This document shows, one piece after another, positions 39,613-48,983 of a DNA stretch of 64,000 nt. The translations under genes and the position numbers were made by a program. Position 1 is the first letter of the stretch. The number at the start of each line of letters is the position of its first letter. The notes below the pieces were generated by a model, which was not told the DNA's origin, ran no database searches, and saw only the letters and a program-made list of their open reading frames with translations. The DNA is taken from the IMG/VR virus record IMGVR_UViG_3300021963_009201, positions 96,001 to 160,000 of that record, one strand, 5' to 3'. This DNA comes from a virus.

Positions 39613-40176
39613 TTACAACCAGCCAAATTTCCTGCTACACCCTGGCCAAGCTCTCCAGCCTGAAGAGGCGAGAACTTTTTCGGCAATGATGATTTGTTGT
39701 TCACGAGTAGCTTCCCATGGATGTGGCGCAAACTCGCCACCTCCAAATGATAACCATGTTGAGTAGCTCTTTTGGTGCATGAATTGCAATCCACCACCAA
39801 ACCCGTTTCCTGTATTTGTAGCCCAGTTACCCCCAGCTTCGCACTGTGCGAGTTGATCCCAGCGGGATCCATCTCCTGGGTCGTAATTGGGTTCTGGACG
39901 GGGAGTCTGAACGCGGGCTTGTACTGTAGCCTCTTGTTTTTGGCGCTCAGTTTCTTCAACATGTTTAACGATCTTCTCTATTTCAGCAGCGATGATAGCG
40001 TCAACATCGTAGCTTGCTGCTGTACTCATTGTTATGTCGTAGCCTACCTGTTCCGCAGAAGCTGGTGGACCACCTGCCGTCTTCGAGTTGCTGAAGACGA
40101 ACCAAAGGGAAGATACTATAAATATAACTGCAAATACTGATATTACTATACGTTTGTTCTTTGTGATTGTAGACAA
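39613..40176 (-). CDS. rpf: membrane-anchored resuscitation-promoting factor (Rpf) lytic transglycosylase
   Basis: WDQLAQCEAGGNWATNTGNGFGGGLQF..TW..ATREQQI.IAEKVLA..GW.AWPGCS; N-terminal TM helix. Confidence 0.92.
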   Translation of the reverse strand: MSTITKNKRIVISVFAVIFIVSSLWFVFSNSKTAGGPPASAEQVGYDITMSTAASYDVDAIIAAEIEKIVKHVEETERQKQEATVQARVQTPRPEPNYDPGDGSRWDQLAQCEAGGNWATNTGNGFGGGLQFMHQKSYSTWLSFGGGEFAPHPWEATREQQIIIAEKVLASSGWRAWPGCSRKFGWL

Positions 40177-40223
40177 AATAATTCTCCTTGTTAGGGGGAC
40201 GGAACTATTAGCCTCCTTTCTAT

Positions 40224-40595
40224 TTATTTTGAAAGATTATCTTTATCGGCAATTTCTGACAAAGGTTTGAGAAAAAAGGAAAAAATCTCATCTTTAGAAA
40301 GTTTATCTAAAAGTAAAGATTCCTTATTTGTCAAGAAGCCACTAAATTCATCTTCCGCAATCCGATGCGTAATGTTTTCATTTTCCACACGCCCTTTGTA
40401 AAGCCTCATTAGAATATCCTGCATTGCAGCACCAGTTTCTATTAGGCCTTTACAAGTAGTAACTAGGTCTAATAAGCCATAAAATGCCTCTTGGGGCACT
40501 AGCTTCTGCATCTGTGGCAGCCAAACATTTTCTAAAGTTTCAATCCATGTATAAGATTGAACATCTTCTAATGATAACTCGTGTTCTTCAGACAT
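40224..40595 (-). CDS. hypothetical protein
   Basis: 123-aa ORF. Confidence 0.55.
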   Translation of the reverse strand: MSEEHELSLEDVQSYTWIETLENVWLPQMQKLVPQEAFYGLLDLVTTCKGLIETGAAMQDILMRLYKGRVENENITHRIAEDEFSGFLTNKESLLLDKLSKDEIFSFFLKPLSEIADKDNLSK

Positions 40596-40631
40596 TGATA
40601 TATGATATCAGGTCAATCAAAAAAGGTCAAA

Positions 40632-40988
40632 CTAATCTTGATCTGGCTCTTCTGGATCGCTATCATCTTTAGACATGCGAACTACTCCGTCTGGGATGGC
40701 TGCAAGACGGCAGTAACCATTTGGTTCGATTGGGCGTGCAACAATTTTGCAAACGTTATCACTTTCATGGAGATAACAATTGCCGCATTTTACTCCAATT
40801 TCTAGATTATCATTGTCTTCTGGTTCAACATAACCTACCCAGATACCTTTTCCATCGTTGTCCGCTAACTTCCCGTATTTCGCTACAATAGCAAGCATAG
40901 AGTTTGCGTACATTAGTTCGGGTTCTGGCATTGTGGCTTCAACAAGCTTCATAAATTCTGCAAGCCAAATGCTATGGTTTGGATTCAT
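40632..40988 (-). CDS. protein with HiPIP-like 4-Cys domain
   Basis: KCGNC..VCKIV..IEPNGYC. Confidence 0.5.
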   Translation of the reverse strand: MNPNHSIWLAEFMKLVEATMPEPELMYANSMLAIVAKYGKLADNDGKGIWVGYVEPEDNDNLEIGVKCGNCYLHESDNVCKIVARPIEPNGYCRLAAIPDGVVRMSKDDSDPEEPDQD

Positions 40989-41304
40989 TGTGTTCTCCTA
41001 TTGGGCATAGTTAGTGTCCATGTCGATACATTGATAGTAACCTATATAAGATGTATTTCTCTCATTTGACGCTTGAAAATCGTCAAATATATATATCTTT
41101 TTAATACCTGATTGGACTAAATCAGGATATTTTGCACAAAAACTACAGTGATAACGCTTGCTTTTACCTTCCACACCAACACCCCGTACATTGTGTTTTT
41201 CCACAAAATCCTCTTTTCTGACATGCGCAGTGACAGATTTTGTGAAATCGGTCAAATATTTTAAAATACCACCAGTGTGTTTTATCCATCTCTTATCCTT
41301 TCGG

Positions 41305-41376
41305 TGCCCCCGGCATGACTCGAACATGCGCACATGGTTTAGGAAACCAATGCTCTATCCCCTGAGCTACGAGGGC
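41305..41376 (-). tRNA. tRNA-Arg(CCU)
   Basis: GCCCTCG acceptor; TTGGT-TTCCTAA-ACCAT; TGTTCGAGTCA. Confidence 0.9.
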
Positions 41377-41942
41377 AGTATTAGGCGTCAAAAATTAAAT
41401 CAATCAAAAAATACTCTTAAGCCATCTCGCTTAGCTTGATTATTAAACGGATTTCTCAATTTCTGGCCAAAAGTAGCACCACGATCATGAATCTCAAGGA
41501 TATCCAAATCATCATAATGTTTAGTGAATGATAAACATTGATGTTTATTAAACCCAGCTTTAACTCCTACAAAGAATGCGGATATCTTTTCCATTATCTG
41601 TATACCAACTTTCCAAATAGGGTATATTGCACCAGCAACAATATTAGGCGCCAAGCATCTTCCATTGACAATAGGCCGCCCAGGCTTTTACGCACGCATC
41701 GTGAATAGTTTTGATGTCTTCTTCTACAAATTCAAGAGAACGTTGAGCTTCTCGTTGAATCATGTCGATTGGAAGGAAAACCGCAAGAGTTTCAATCCCA
41801 TTTTCGTTCTGGTTTTGTTCCACAGATATTACACCTCCCCCATGAGTTTATAGCTGAAACTATCCACTCTCTACAGCAATAAACTTTTATAAATAATTCA
41901 TCTGGTATTTGTTCATCGGGATGAACGTTTCTTGAAATAATT

Positions 41943-42326
41943 CTATCCACTGATTACTCGACTAGATCCATCTGCATAAAGGATTTCGCTTGTCTTGTCG
42001 TTAAAAGTCCAAGAGTAATCACAGCAAAAATCTTCATTGGGCTTCAAAGGGTGCAGGCCTTTATCTTTGCGGCCGCGAAGTTTAGGAATTTGCGACCAAA
42101 AATCAACAGAGCATTCGTGACATAAACGCAGCTTCATTTCTGGCTCATCGTAATCGTCGATGAAACCTCCGTAATAACCATCAACAATGACAATAAGGCC
42201 ATTTTCCGCAAGCCAATCGTCACTATTTTCGTAGTGTGCGTTAAACCCTTCGGAAACAAGGATTTCTTTTTCGCATTTATCGCATTGGGCTTTCATGTTT
42301 GAATTTTCCAATCGTTTTAATAGCAA
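41943..42326 (-). CDS. hypothetical Zn-ribbon protein
   Basis: CDKC...LCHEC. Confidence 0.55.
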   Translation of the reverse strand: MLLKRLENSNMKAQCDKCEKEILVSEGFNAHYENSDDWLAENGLIVIVDGYYGGFIDDYDEPEMKLRLCHECSVDFWSQIPKLRGRKDKGLHPLKPNEDFCCDYSWTFNDKTSEILYADGSSRVISG

Positions 42327-42599
42327 ATCTTAATTTCAGTTAAGGTTCGACAAACCTATAATTGTTTCCTAAAAATTGTGAACGTTTAAAAAGTTTTTGA
42401 TTATCATCAAAATAAATGTCTTTAACTTCTTTCAAGATAGTTTTAGACATGTCTAGTTCAGAACGAAGTTTTTCAATTTCATTAGCTGCACGTTCGTATA
42501 GCGTTTTGTCCCAAGGATCTAAATCATTAACTGACGCATAACGCAAATCTTCTACAATATCTCTCATGATAAGTGCCTTTATTATATTATTAATTCATG

Positions 42600-42672
42600 C
42601 TCCGGCGGTAGGGCTCGAACCTACGACCCATTGATTAACAGTCAATTGCTCTGCCAGCTGAGCTACACCGGA
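42600..42672 (-). tRNA. tRNA-Asn(GUU)
   Basis: TCCGGTG acceptor; ATTGA-CTGTTAA-TCAAT. Confidence 0.95.
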
Positions 42673-42676
42673 ATAG

Positions 42677-42759
42677 TGGACGCGGTAGGATTCGAACCTA
42701 CGAACTCTAACGAGATCGGGTTTACAGCCCGAGGCATTTGGCCGCTTTGCTACACGTCC
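42677..42759 (-). tRNA. tRNA-Tyr(GUA)
   Basis: GGACGTG acceptor; TCGGG-CTGTAAA-CCCGA; long variable arm. Confidence 0.93.
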
Positions 42760-42766
42760 AAATAGA

Positions 42767-43060
42767 CTAGCTTTCAATTATATCTAAGCAGTCGAGCGCG
42801 CTTTGCAGTGCTTCTCTGTCTACCGCAAACTCTGAAACAACTTTATAAGTGCGCTCTGTAGCGCTTTCGATATAGTTTGCTACAGTAATGCATAGAATAT
42901 CTTTAGCTATTTCTAGGCCAATCACTTGATCACTATTAGAATCAACGTCATCAAGCCAGATCGTTGCGTATTTATGGTTAGCAGGATTCTTTATCGATTC
43001 GATAAGTTTTTCTAGTTTTTCGTCAGTTACTTCAAAGCCATTATCGGTATCAGAGAACAT
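42767..43060 (-). CDS. hypothetical protein
   Basis: GGAG RBS. Confidence 0.55.
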   Translation of the reverse strand: MFSDTDNGFEVTDEKLEKLIESIKNPANHKYATIWLDDVDSNSDQVIGLEIAKDILCITVANYIESATERTYKVVSEFAVDREALQSALDCLDIIES

Positions 43061-43462
43061 TATTACTCCCTTTATCGCTGTTGCAAGGCGTTAATTTCTT
43101 GCTGAAGTTCATTAAGCTTATCAACTAGCACTATAATAACTTCCATCGAACATGGAAATATTGAAGATGGTTTTGCTTTATCTGGTAAATTTACATGATA
43201 GGTTTTATCTGTAAGCTGGTTTACTACCGGACTCGCAAACTTATGCGTACATATACATCCGTACATTAGTTAATATCACGCATTTAAATGCTCTTTCCAT
43301 AACATATCACTATTTATAGACAATAGTTGATATGAGTCTGCCCCACGAATCAACAATTCTTCACCAGTCTTAGACGCATGATCGACTGCTGCAGACTCAT
43401 CACCATCTACGTATATAGATATAACGAGAGTATATTGGGTTTTCATTAGTTGCTCCTTTTTG

Positions 43463-43554
43463 TGGCGGAGAGAGTGGGATTTGAACCCACGAACGAGTTT
43501 CCCCGTTACCTTCTTAGCAGGAAGGCGCATTCGACCGGACTCTGCCATCTCTCC
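43463..43554 (-). tRNA. tRNA-Ser(GCU), CCA encoded
   Basis: GGAGAGA acceptor; CCTTC-CTGCTAA-GAAGG; long variable arm. Confidence 0.95.
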
Positions 43555-43560
43555 TAAACT

Positions 43561-43962
43561 TCAGGCAGAGATTCGTTGAGCTTCAGCTGTATACTCAGGG
43601 CAGAAAAGAGGAATTGCAAGTCCCATTATGTAGCCTGCCGTCTTTGCCGCTTCTGTAGTCCATGTAGGATCTGAAGCTATACCTATAATAGCAAGTTCAA
43701 CAGAGCCGTAAGCACGTATTACGGTACAAGTTTGCTGGCCAATTTCTATGAGTTCTGCTCGGGTAGCACCCGGAAGGCGCGTTTTAGCGGAACTGACATA
43801 TGAATCAAGCGCAGAATACACACTAGTAGTGGTAGTGCGGGCGATAGTTGTTGTTGTTGTGCTTTCAGCTTTTGGTGCGGATTCTTTACTTGATCCACTT
43901 GAGCAACCCGCAATCAGACCGATTGAGACAAGAGCTGATAAGGCAATAATTTTAATTTTCAT
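43561..43962 (-). CDS. lipoprotein, DUF732-like
   Basis: Lipobox LIAGC, Thr-rich linker, G..TC...A...FCPEY. Confidence 0.7.
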   Translation of the reverse strand: MKIKIIALSALVSIGLIAGCSSGSSKESAPKAESTTTTTIARTTTTSVYSALDSYVSSAKTRLPGATRAELIEIGQQTCTVIRAYGSVELAIIGIASDPTWTTEAAKTAGYIMGLAIPLFCPEYTAEAQRISA

Positions 43963-43973
43963 TCTATTCCAAT

Positions 43974-44456
43974 CTATTTTTGATAATAAAAGTACAAATC
44001 TATTTGTCTACGAATATGTCCAGACATAGAAGCTGCTATTTTTTGTTTTTCAATGATTTCGTCATCATATTGACGTTCAGGGTAGGTTAGCAGGTAATCA
44101 TCTCTACTAAACCAGTAAAGTATTTGACATGCTTTTTGCGCTAAAACTATTTGATCTTTGTTCATTGAAGGCTCCCCTGTTAGCAATCGAAGAGATTCTA
44201 TTTCTTTCGCCGCATCTTCAAAAACCCTACCTGAAAGCATAGTTACCACAATAGCTTCAGAATCGCAAGCTTCAGCAAAAAAGCTTAATTCTTCTACTAT
44301 GTCTAGCTCTCGATCTTCTTCGTTTTTAAAGACTTTTGGTTTTAACTTTTCAATTTCAGCTTGTAAATTAACAATTTCTTCTGCAGCTTCTGCAAACAGC
44401 GGGTCTCCAGTATGGACCGACCAAGACCAAAGCTTGCTGACTAACTCGTTAGACAT
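43974..44456 (-). CDS. hypothetical protein
   Basis: Repeated F.EAA.EI..L segments. Confidence 0.55.
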   Translation of the reverse strand: MSNELVSKLWSWSVHTGDPLFAEAAEEIVNLQAEIEKLKPKVFKNEEDRELDIVEELSFFAEACDSEAIVVTMLSGRVFEDAAKEIESLRLLTGEPSMNKDQIVLAQKACQILYWFSRDDYLLTYPERQYDDEIIEKQKIAASMSGHIRRQIDLYFYYQK

Positions 44457-44844
44457 TTTAAACTGAATCTATTTTCATAGCTACAAAACTAATATCTTTC
44501 GGCGGATGTGCGGCAGATATTTCGGCTGTTTCATTTGGGCAATTCCAGCCGTTAAAACGAGTGTAAGAATCATGCTTGTAAACATCAAATTCTTCGCCGC
44601 AGCAAACAAGCCATGGACGACCATTCTCGCCCCATCCGTCTTGATGGTGTATTGTATGAAATTGATCATCTATTTTTATCATTGTTCCTCCAGAGCTTGA
44701 TTGAAAGCTTTGTTTACAATTTCGTCACTATACCATTCGCCTTCAGGATTGTTCATAGCTATAGCTATGACCCTTGGTATAGATATGGTTATTAGATCAT
44801 TTAATTCTTCTGGTGTCGGCTCTAGTGCAGACATTTATTCTCCT

Positions 44845-44921
44845 TGGTCCGCCAGGATGGGATTGAACCATCGACTCCATGTATATAAGACATGTGCTCT
44901 GACCAACTGAGCTACTGGCGG
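44845..44921 (-). tRNA. tRNA-Ile(UAU), CCA encoded
   Basis: CCGCCAG/CTGGCGG acceptor; CATGT-CTTATAT-ACATG anticodon arm; GGTTCAATCCC. Confidence 0.88.
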
Positions 44922-45046
44922 TAGAACACTACGTTAAATGGGTAGTTTTAAGACATACCCAGGTCTGCATGCGCCCTGCTCAGTAGCTTGTCCTGAGCTA
45001 TATTTAGTTGTGTGAAGCAGTTTCATGACTTACTTCAGGTCAGATC

Positions 45047-47632
45047 CTACACCCCGCCCATTTTTGCTAATGAACCGGCAGCTTTCTCTACGTAAATTAT
45101 GCCGTGAGGTAGCGGGAATTCTCTTTCGAGTTCTTGAATTGTTACATCAGGATGTTCCTGTTTAAATTTTTCTCGTTGAGCATAAACAAGTTCACGCTTT
45201 TGTTCATATTCAAGATTTGCCTTTTTATGTTCTTCAGAAAGAAATCCACCAATTTTGTGCACTGTTGGACCTGAACTGGCTATAACTACCGGAGTTTCTT
45301 GAATATGAGATTTCTTACCAAGGTCATCAAGTGTGATAACTGCATTTTGCGTATTTAATCTCCATTTAGGGCAAAGCGTCGCATATAGCATTTGCCTTTG
45401 CCTCATGGAATCATTATCCATAGCAAGAGCGTTACCAATCCCACCAGTAGCGCGTGCATTATAGCTTACTCTGCTATTGTGGTTTTTGTACAAAGCTTGA
45501 CCACATTCACAGGTTGGAGAAAACCAATTCTCAATCTCAGATTGATCATATTGACGATTACAGTTCACACATCGCCATGCATCAGTTATGTCAACTTGGT
45601 CAGGTTCACCGTGATCTTTAAAAATTGCAAACTCATTTTCAAATGCCGGCATAACTGTTTGTTCCCTACCTTTCCGGCTACCATAGTAGCCGCGTGAAAG
45701 GTCGTAACCAAACAGCTGTTGACGAACGCTAATCATTCTTGGAGTGTCGCCAGAATAACCAATTTCAACTTCTTCATCTAATCTGTCAAGAAAGTCACGA
45801 ACATTAGTGATCGGGTTTCCTTCATTGTCGTACATTCCTCCAATAGCTTCAAGTTTCGTTGTGCTCATTTCTTCTGGCCACACTACGTCGCTTGACACTA
45901 TCCCACCAATTTCTTCGCGATATCTTGGGTGAGAAGTAATAGTCGCTAGCACCTCTTCGTGAAGACGCTGTACTGTCTGGGCATGCTGGCGCTTACCAAC
46001 TCTTAATTCTTCTTCGACTATCGCAGTATTATGGGCGCCAAGGTCAAAGTCAATGTCTGTCCTTTCAAGCCCAAAAGAATCCATAAACACTTTACGAAGA
46101 TCAAGCCCATTTGGATGGCTACAATGATGCTTTGATGGCTCAACAGATGAAGGCTTTAGCCAATTAGGTCGAACCTTTACCGGGTTGGCAAAATGCAACA
46201 TTGCCACTATTTTGTAATACTGGCTTTGTAAATCTTTTACAGCCTTAGAACCATAACGAGCTTTCCCTATACGCAACAGTTCAGGAAGATACAATCTAAA
46301 TACACTTGCGTTAGCAACCTCATCTGAGTATGTAACAGGAAGGTTACCATTCCCATCTACAGCGACAAAACGTCCATTACGTTCTTCTATATGAAGCATA
46401 CCATGAGGAGGGAAAACATAATTAGCTTTTGTTTGCCTTCCTGTTGTAAATTCTACAATACCTTTTACGAAATTGTATCGTGGAGCTTTAGCATGGTAGT
46501 AGCATGGTATGTTTTTAGACTGGTTACAACGTGGACATTTTTCTTCAACTAACGAATCCCACTGTTCATTTAAGATCTCAATTTTATCTGGCAATTGCGG
46601 CCAAATACTTTTTCTAACCTTTAGGTTATCGGGAAGATTAAACTGCTTGTGGTAAGGGTACATAATTTCCGCTACACCCTTAACAGTCCCACTGCATTCG
46701 GGGTCAGAATAGTTATATCCGATTTCAGCATCATCGTTAATAAAGATTTGCTTATTATATGCGTCTAAAATTGCGGTAACGTTATTGTGCTCAAATCTTA
46801 CCTTATACTTCAACGTTCCCTGGTGGTAGTCTTTGCGCAAGATTTGAACAGGAAAGCTTAACACCCTTCCATGACCTTGCGTTTGTTTTCTCCAAAGAGA
46901 CAGTCCAATAGATTGACCAATTGGCATTTCATTACGAAACGCTTCTTCTATAGCTTTCTCTTTTTCCCACGGAGTTAAAGAAGCATTTTCATTGACTTCC
47001 AAGTACTCAAACTGCCAGCTATCACCAGAGTAATAGGCGTAAAAACAGTTTGCGCAAGAAGGAGATTCAACTCGTTTTCCGCGAGGAACAAAATCGCAAT
47101 AAGAGATTTGCCCGTTAACGCGAACTCCTTCTACCGGAAGAGTGCATGAGCCACCAATAGCAACTTTCCAGCTATTAAGGCGGCTACCATTATCGGTAAA
47201 TGGTTCAAAGACAGTTCTACCATTTACTTTAATTGGTCGAAAGTACACCTTAGCTTCTGGGTCTGATGCGTACGAAACATCGATTTCAATTGGAAGAAAA
47301 CGATCACAACTTAAGCATTCCCTGCGGATATCGTGCCCACAAGTTTCAACAAATGCACGAGTTTTTTGCGCAGATTCCTGATCAACTGGAACCAGTCGGT
47401 TATTATGGTCAGTAGTGTTTAAAACCTTTACATCGCCCCAAACTTTAGTGGGGAAACAATTTATTTCTGATTCTTTAAAGTCTTTTTCAGACTTAATTTG
47501 AATTAATTCTTCTTTCGTAAGTGCCCAAGTCTTATCACTTGTCCGCGTACAAGTCCTACAAACCAAAGCTTGAGGTCTTTCTGCGTAAGATTCGCATAGA
47601 GAAATCTCTTCAATATGCACTGGGTGTCTCAC
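45047..47632 (-). CDS. large Cys-rich hypothetical protein (861 aa)
   Basis: Long open frame with several CxxC clusters; no recognised catalytic motif. Confidence 0.75.
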   Translation of the reverse strand: MRHPVHIEEISLCESYAERPQALVCRTCTRTSDKTWALTKEELIQIKSEKDFKESEINCFPTKVWGDVKVLNTTDHNNRLVPVDQESAQKTRAFVETCGHDIRRECLSCDRFLPIEIDVSYASDPEAKVYFRPIKVNGRTVFEPFTDNGSRLNSWKVAIGGSCTLPVEGVRVNGQISYCDFVPRGKRVESPSCANCFYAYYSGDSWQFEYLEVNENASLTPWEKEKAIEEAFRNEMPIGQSIGLSLWRKQTQGHGRVLSFPVQILRKDYHQGTLKYKVRFEHNNVTAILDAYNKQIFINDDAEIGYNYSDPECSGTVKGVAEIMYPYHKQFNLPDNLKVRKSIWPQLPDKIEILNEQWDSLVEEKCPRCNQSKNIPCYYHAKAPRYNFVKGIVEFTTGRQTKANYVFPPHGMLHIEERNGRFVAVDGNGNLPVTYSDEVANASVFRLYLPELLRIGKARYGSKAVKDLQSQYYKIVAMLHFANPVKVRPNWLKPSSVEPSKHHCSHPNGLDLRKVFMDSFGLERTDIDFDLGAHNTAIVEEELRVGKRQHAQTVQRLHEEVLATITSHPRYREEIGGIVSSDVVWPEEMSTTKLEAIGGMYDNEGNPITNVRDFLDRLDEEVEIGYSGDTPRMISVRQQLFGYDLSRGYYGSRKGREQTVMPAFENEFAIFKDHGEPDQVDITDAWRCVNCNRQYDQSEIENWFSPTCECGQALYKNHNSRVSYNARATGGIGNALAMDNDSMRQRQMLYATLCPKWRLNTQNAVITLDDLGKKSHIQETPVVIASSGPTVHKIGGFLSEEHKKANLEYEQKRELVYAQREKFKQEHPDVTIQELEREFPLPHGIIYVEKAAGSLAKMGGV

Positions 47633-48041
47633 TTTCTATTGAGCGTTTATAAGAATTTAGCAAAGAAATGGCATTAGATAGAAATTCATCTTGTTCTTCA
47701 GCAGGCAATGCCCTCGCCGATGAAAGTATCATCTCAGCGGGCTTTTCCCTACAACTAACAGCAACAACAAGAATATTCATTCTTATAGACTCTGTAAGGT
47801 CATAAACCAGTGCATCTGCATCTCCGAGCGTGTTCCGGAGTTGTGTAGCAGAGTTATATGCCTCCATCAAAAACTCATCAGTTGTTAATGAGTTAATTTT
47901 GTCTTTACCATTTTGCAAAGACTCAGCTTGATATGTTGTCATGGCTGATGCGTGAGTCGCCATATAGTACATATCTGCGTTGAGCGTTTCACCTTCATTG
48001 AAGATGTCTGAATGATCTTCCAACTTAAACTCCTTTACCAA
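47610..48041 (-). CDS. hypothetical protein
   Basis: Packed between WhiB and the 861-aa gene. Confidence 0.55.
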   Translation of the reverse strand: MVKEFKLEDHSDIFNEGETLNADMYYMATHASAMTTYQAESLQNGKDKINSLTTDEFLMEAYNSATQLRNTLGDADALVYDLTESIRMNILVVAVSCREKPAEMILSSARALPAEEQDEFLSNAISLLNSYKRSIESETPSAY

Positions 48042-48298
48042 CGATATTTAATCGTCTTATCATCACGTACACCAACATTAAGAGTTCTTGGTCCTATGGG
48101 TCTACTGTTAACAAGTATTACCCCACCCCAAACTCCATTATTGGTGTAACTAGATTTTCCGAGTTTTTCGCATTCCTTTTTTACTTCGCATGTTTCGCAT
48201 ACTTGAGTAGCGATTGCTAGCTCTCTAATTCGAATTGAATAAAAATAATTTTTTATTTCACTCGGAAGAGAACGACATGAAGCTTTACTGTAGTCCAT
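48035..48298 (-). CDS. whiB: second WhiB-family protein
   Basis: ASCRS..FY..VCETCEVKKEC..NGVWGG; AAGGAG RBS. Confidence 0.88.
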   Translation of the reverse strand: MDYSKASCRSLPSEIKNYFYSIRIRELAIATQVCETCEVKKECEKLGKSSYTNNGVWGGVILVNSRPIGPRTLNVGVRDDKTIKYRW

Positions 48299-48327
48299 TT
48301 TTCTCCTTTACAAGTATTTCCGGTAAA

Positions 48328-48393
48328 CCCCTGACAAGTGCACGGGAAAGGAGTTAAACGTGCAACTCTAGCTTGCGCTAGTTGTCAAAGGGG
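48328..48393 (-). ncRNA. candidate three-way-junction RNA in the whiB leader
   Basis: CCCC..TGACAA / TTGTCA-GGGG closing CTAGC-GCAA-GCTAG and TGCACG-loop-CGTGCA. Confidence 0.45.
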
Positions 48394-48554
48394 TCTACCG
48401 ACCTGAGAGTCCAACCTCAGGCTCCTAAGATTTCCTAGTTGAGGTCATATATACGCACTGGTATATTTAATAACCTACAAGCTCACTGGCTTTACTAGAT
48501 GTTTGCAACCAAATAATTGGACATATCATTTGGTACTTAGGTATTCTAGCTAAA

Positions 48555-48983
48555 TCATATAGGCATTGTTTTGCGAATTTGTTTTACTTTTGTCTTTGAT
48601 AAATTTTGATATTCATAGTAAGTTACTACGATATCAAGATCTTTTGAAAGAACGAAAACCATGTCTTCGTTTCGGAAATGTTTGCGTTCGTGAGAACCCT
48701 TTGATATAGGTACTTGACTGCAGACCGAGAACATAAATTCTCTCATCTTTTGTTCCGCATGAAACAAGTTTAGCTTTGAACAATTAGAGCTATTTTCGTG
48801 TCGTTCGATAAAACGTTTCTTAGCGTGATGAGAAATTTTAATAGTATAAGGATTAAATTTAGGATTCATTCTTTTTGTTTTCAGAGCACCATTTTTCAAT
48901 GATGATATTAGCTGTTTCCATTTCCGCGCGCGCAAACCAAATATCATCACAACAATCAAGACAAATATCTTGATTTGTATCAA
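48555..48983 (-). CDS. hypothetical protein (likely start at MNPKF)
   Basis: ISHHAKKRFIER motif. Confidence 0.45.
   Translation of the reverse strand: MIQIKIFVLIVVMIFGLRARKWKQLISSLKNGALKTKRMNPKFNPYTIKISHHAKKRFIERHENSSNCSKLNLFHAEQKMREFMFSVCSQVPISKGSHERKHFRNEDMVFVLSKDLDIVVTYYEYQNLSKTKVKQIRKTMPI

Noticed and set aside
42595-42777. Track ORFs overlapping tRNAs (also 37266-37541, 40998-41333, 43276-43548, 53840-54118)
   Set aside because: Their N-termini are translations of tRNA sequence; real starts lie downstream or the ORF is spurious.
44925-45046. tRNA-like fragment upstream of tRNA-Ile (TAGCTCAG...GAGCA)
   Set aside because: Only a D-arm-like hairpin; no matching acceptor stem, anticodon arm or T loop could be built.
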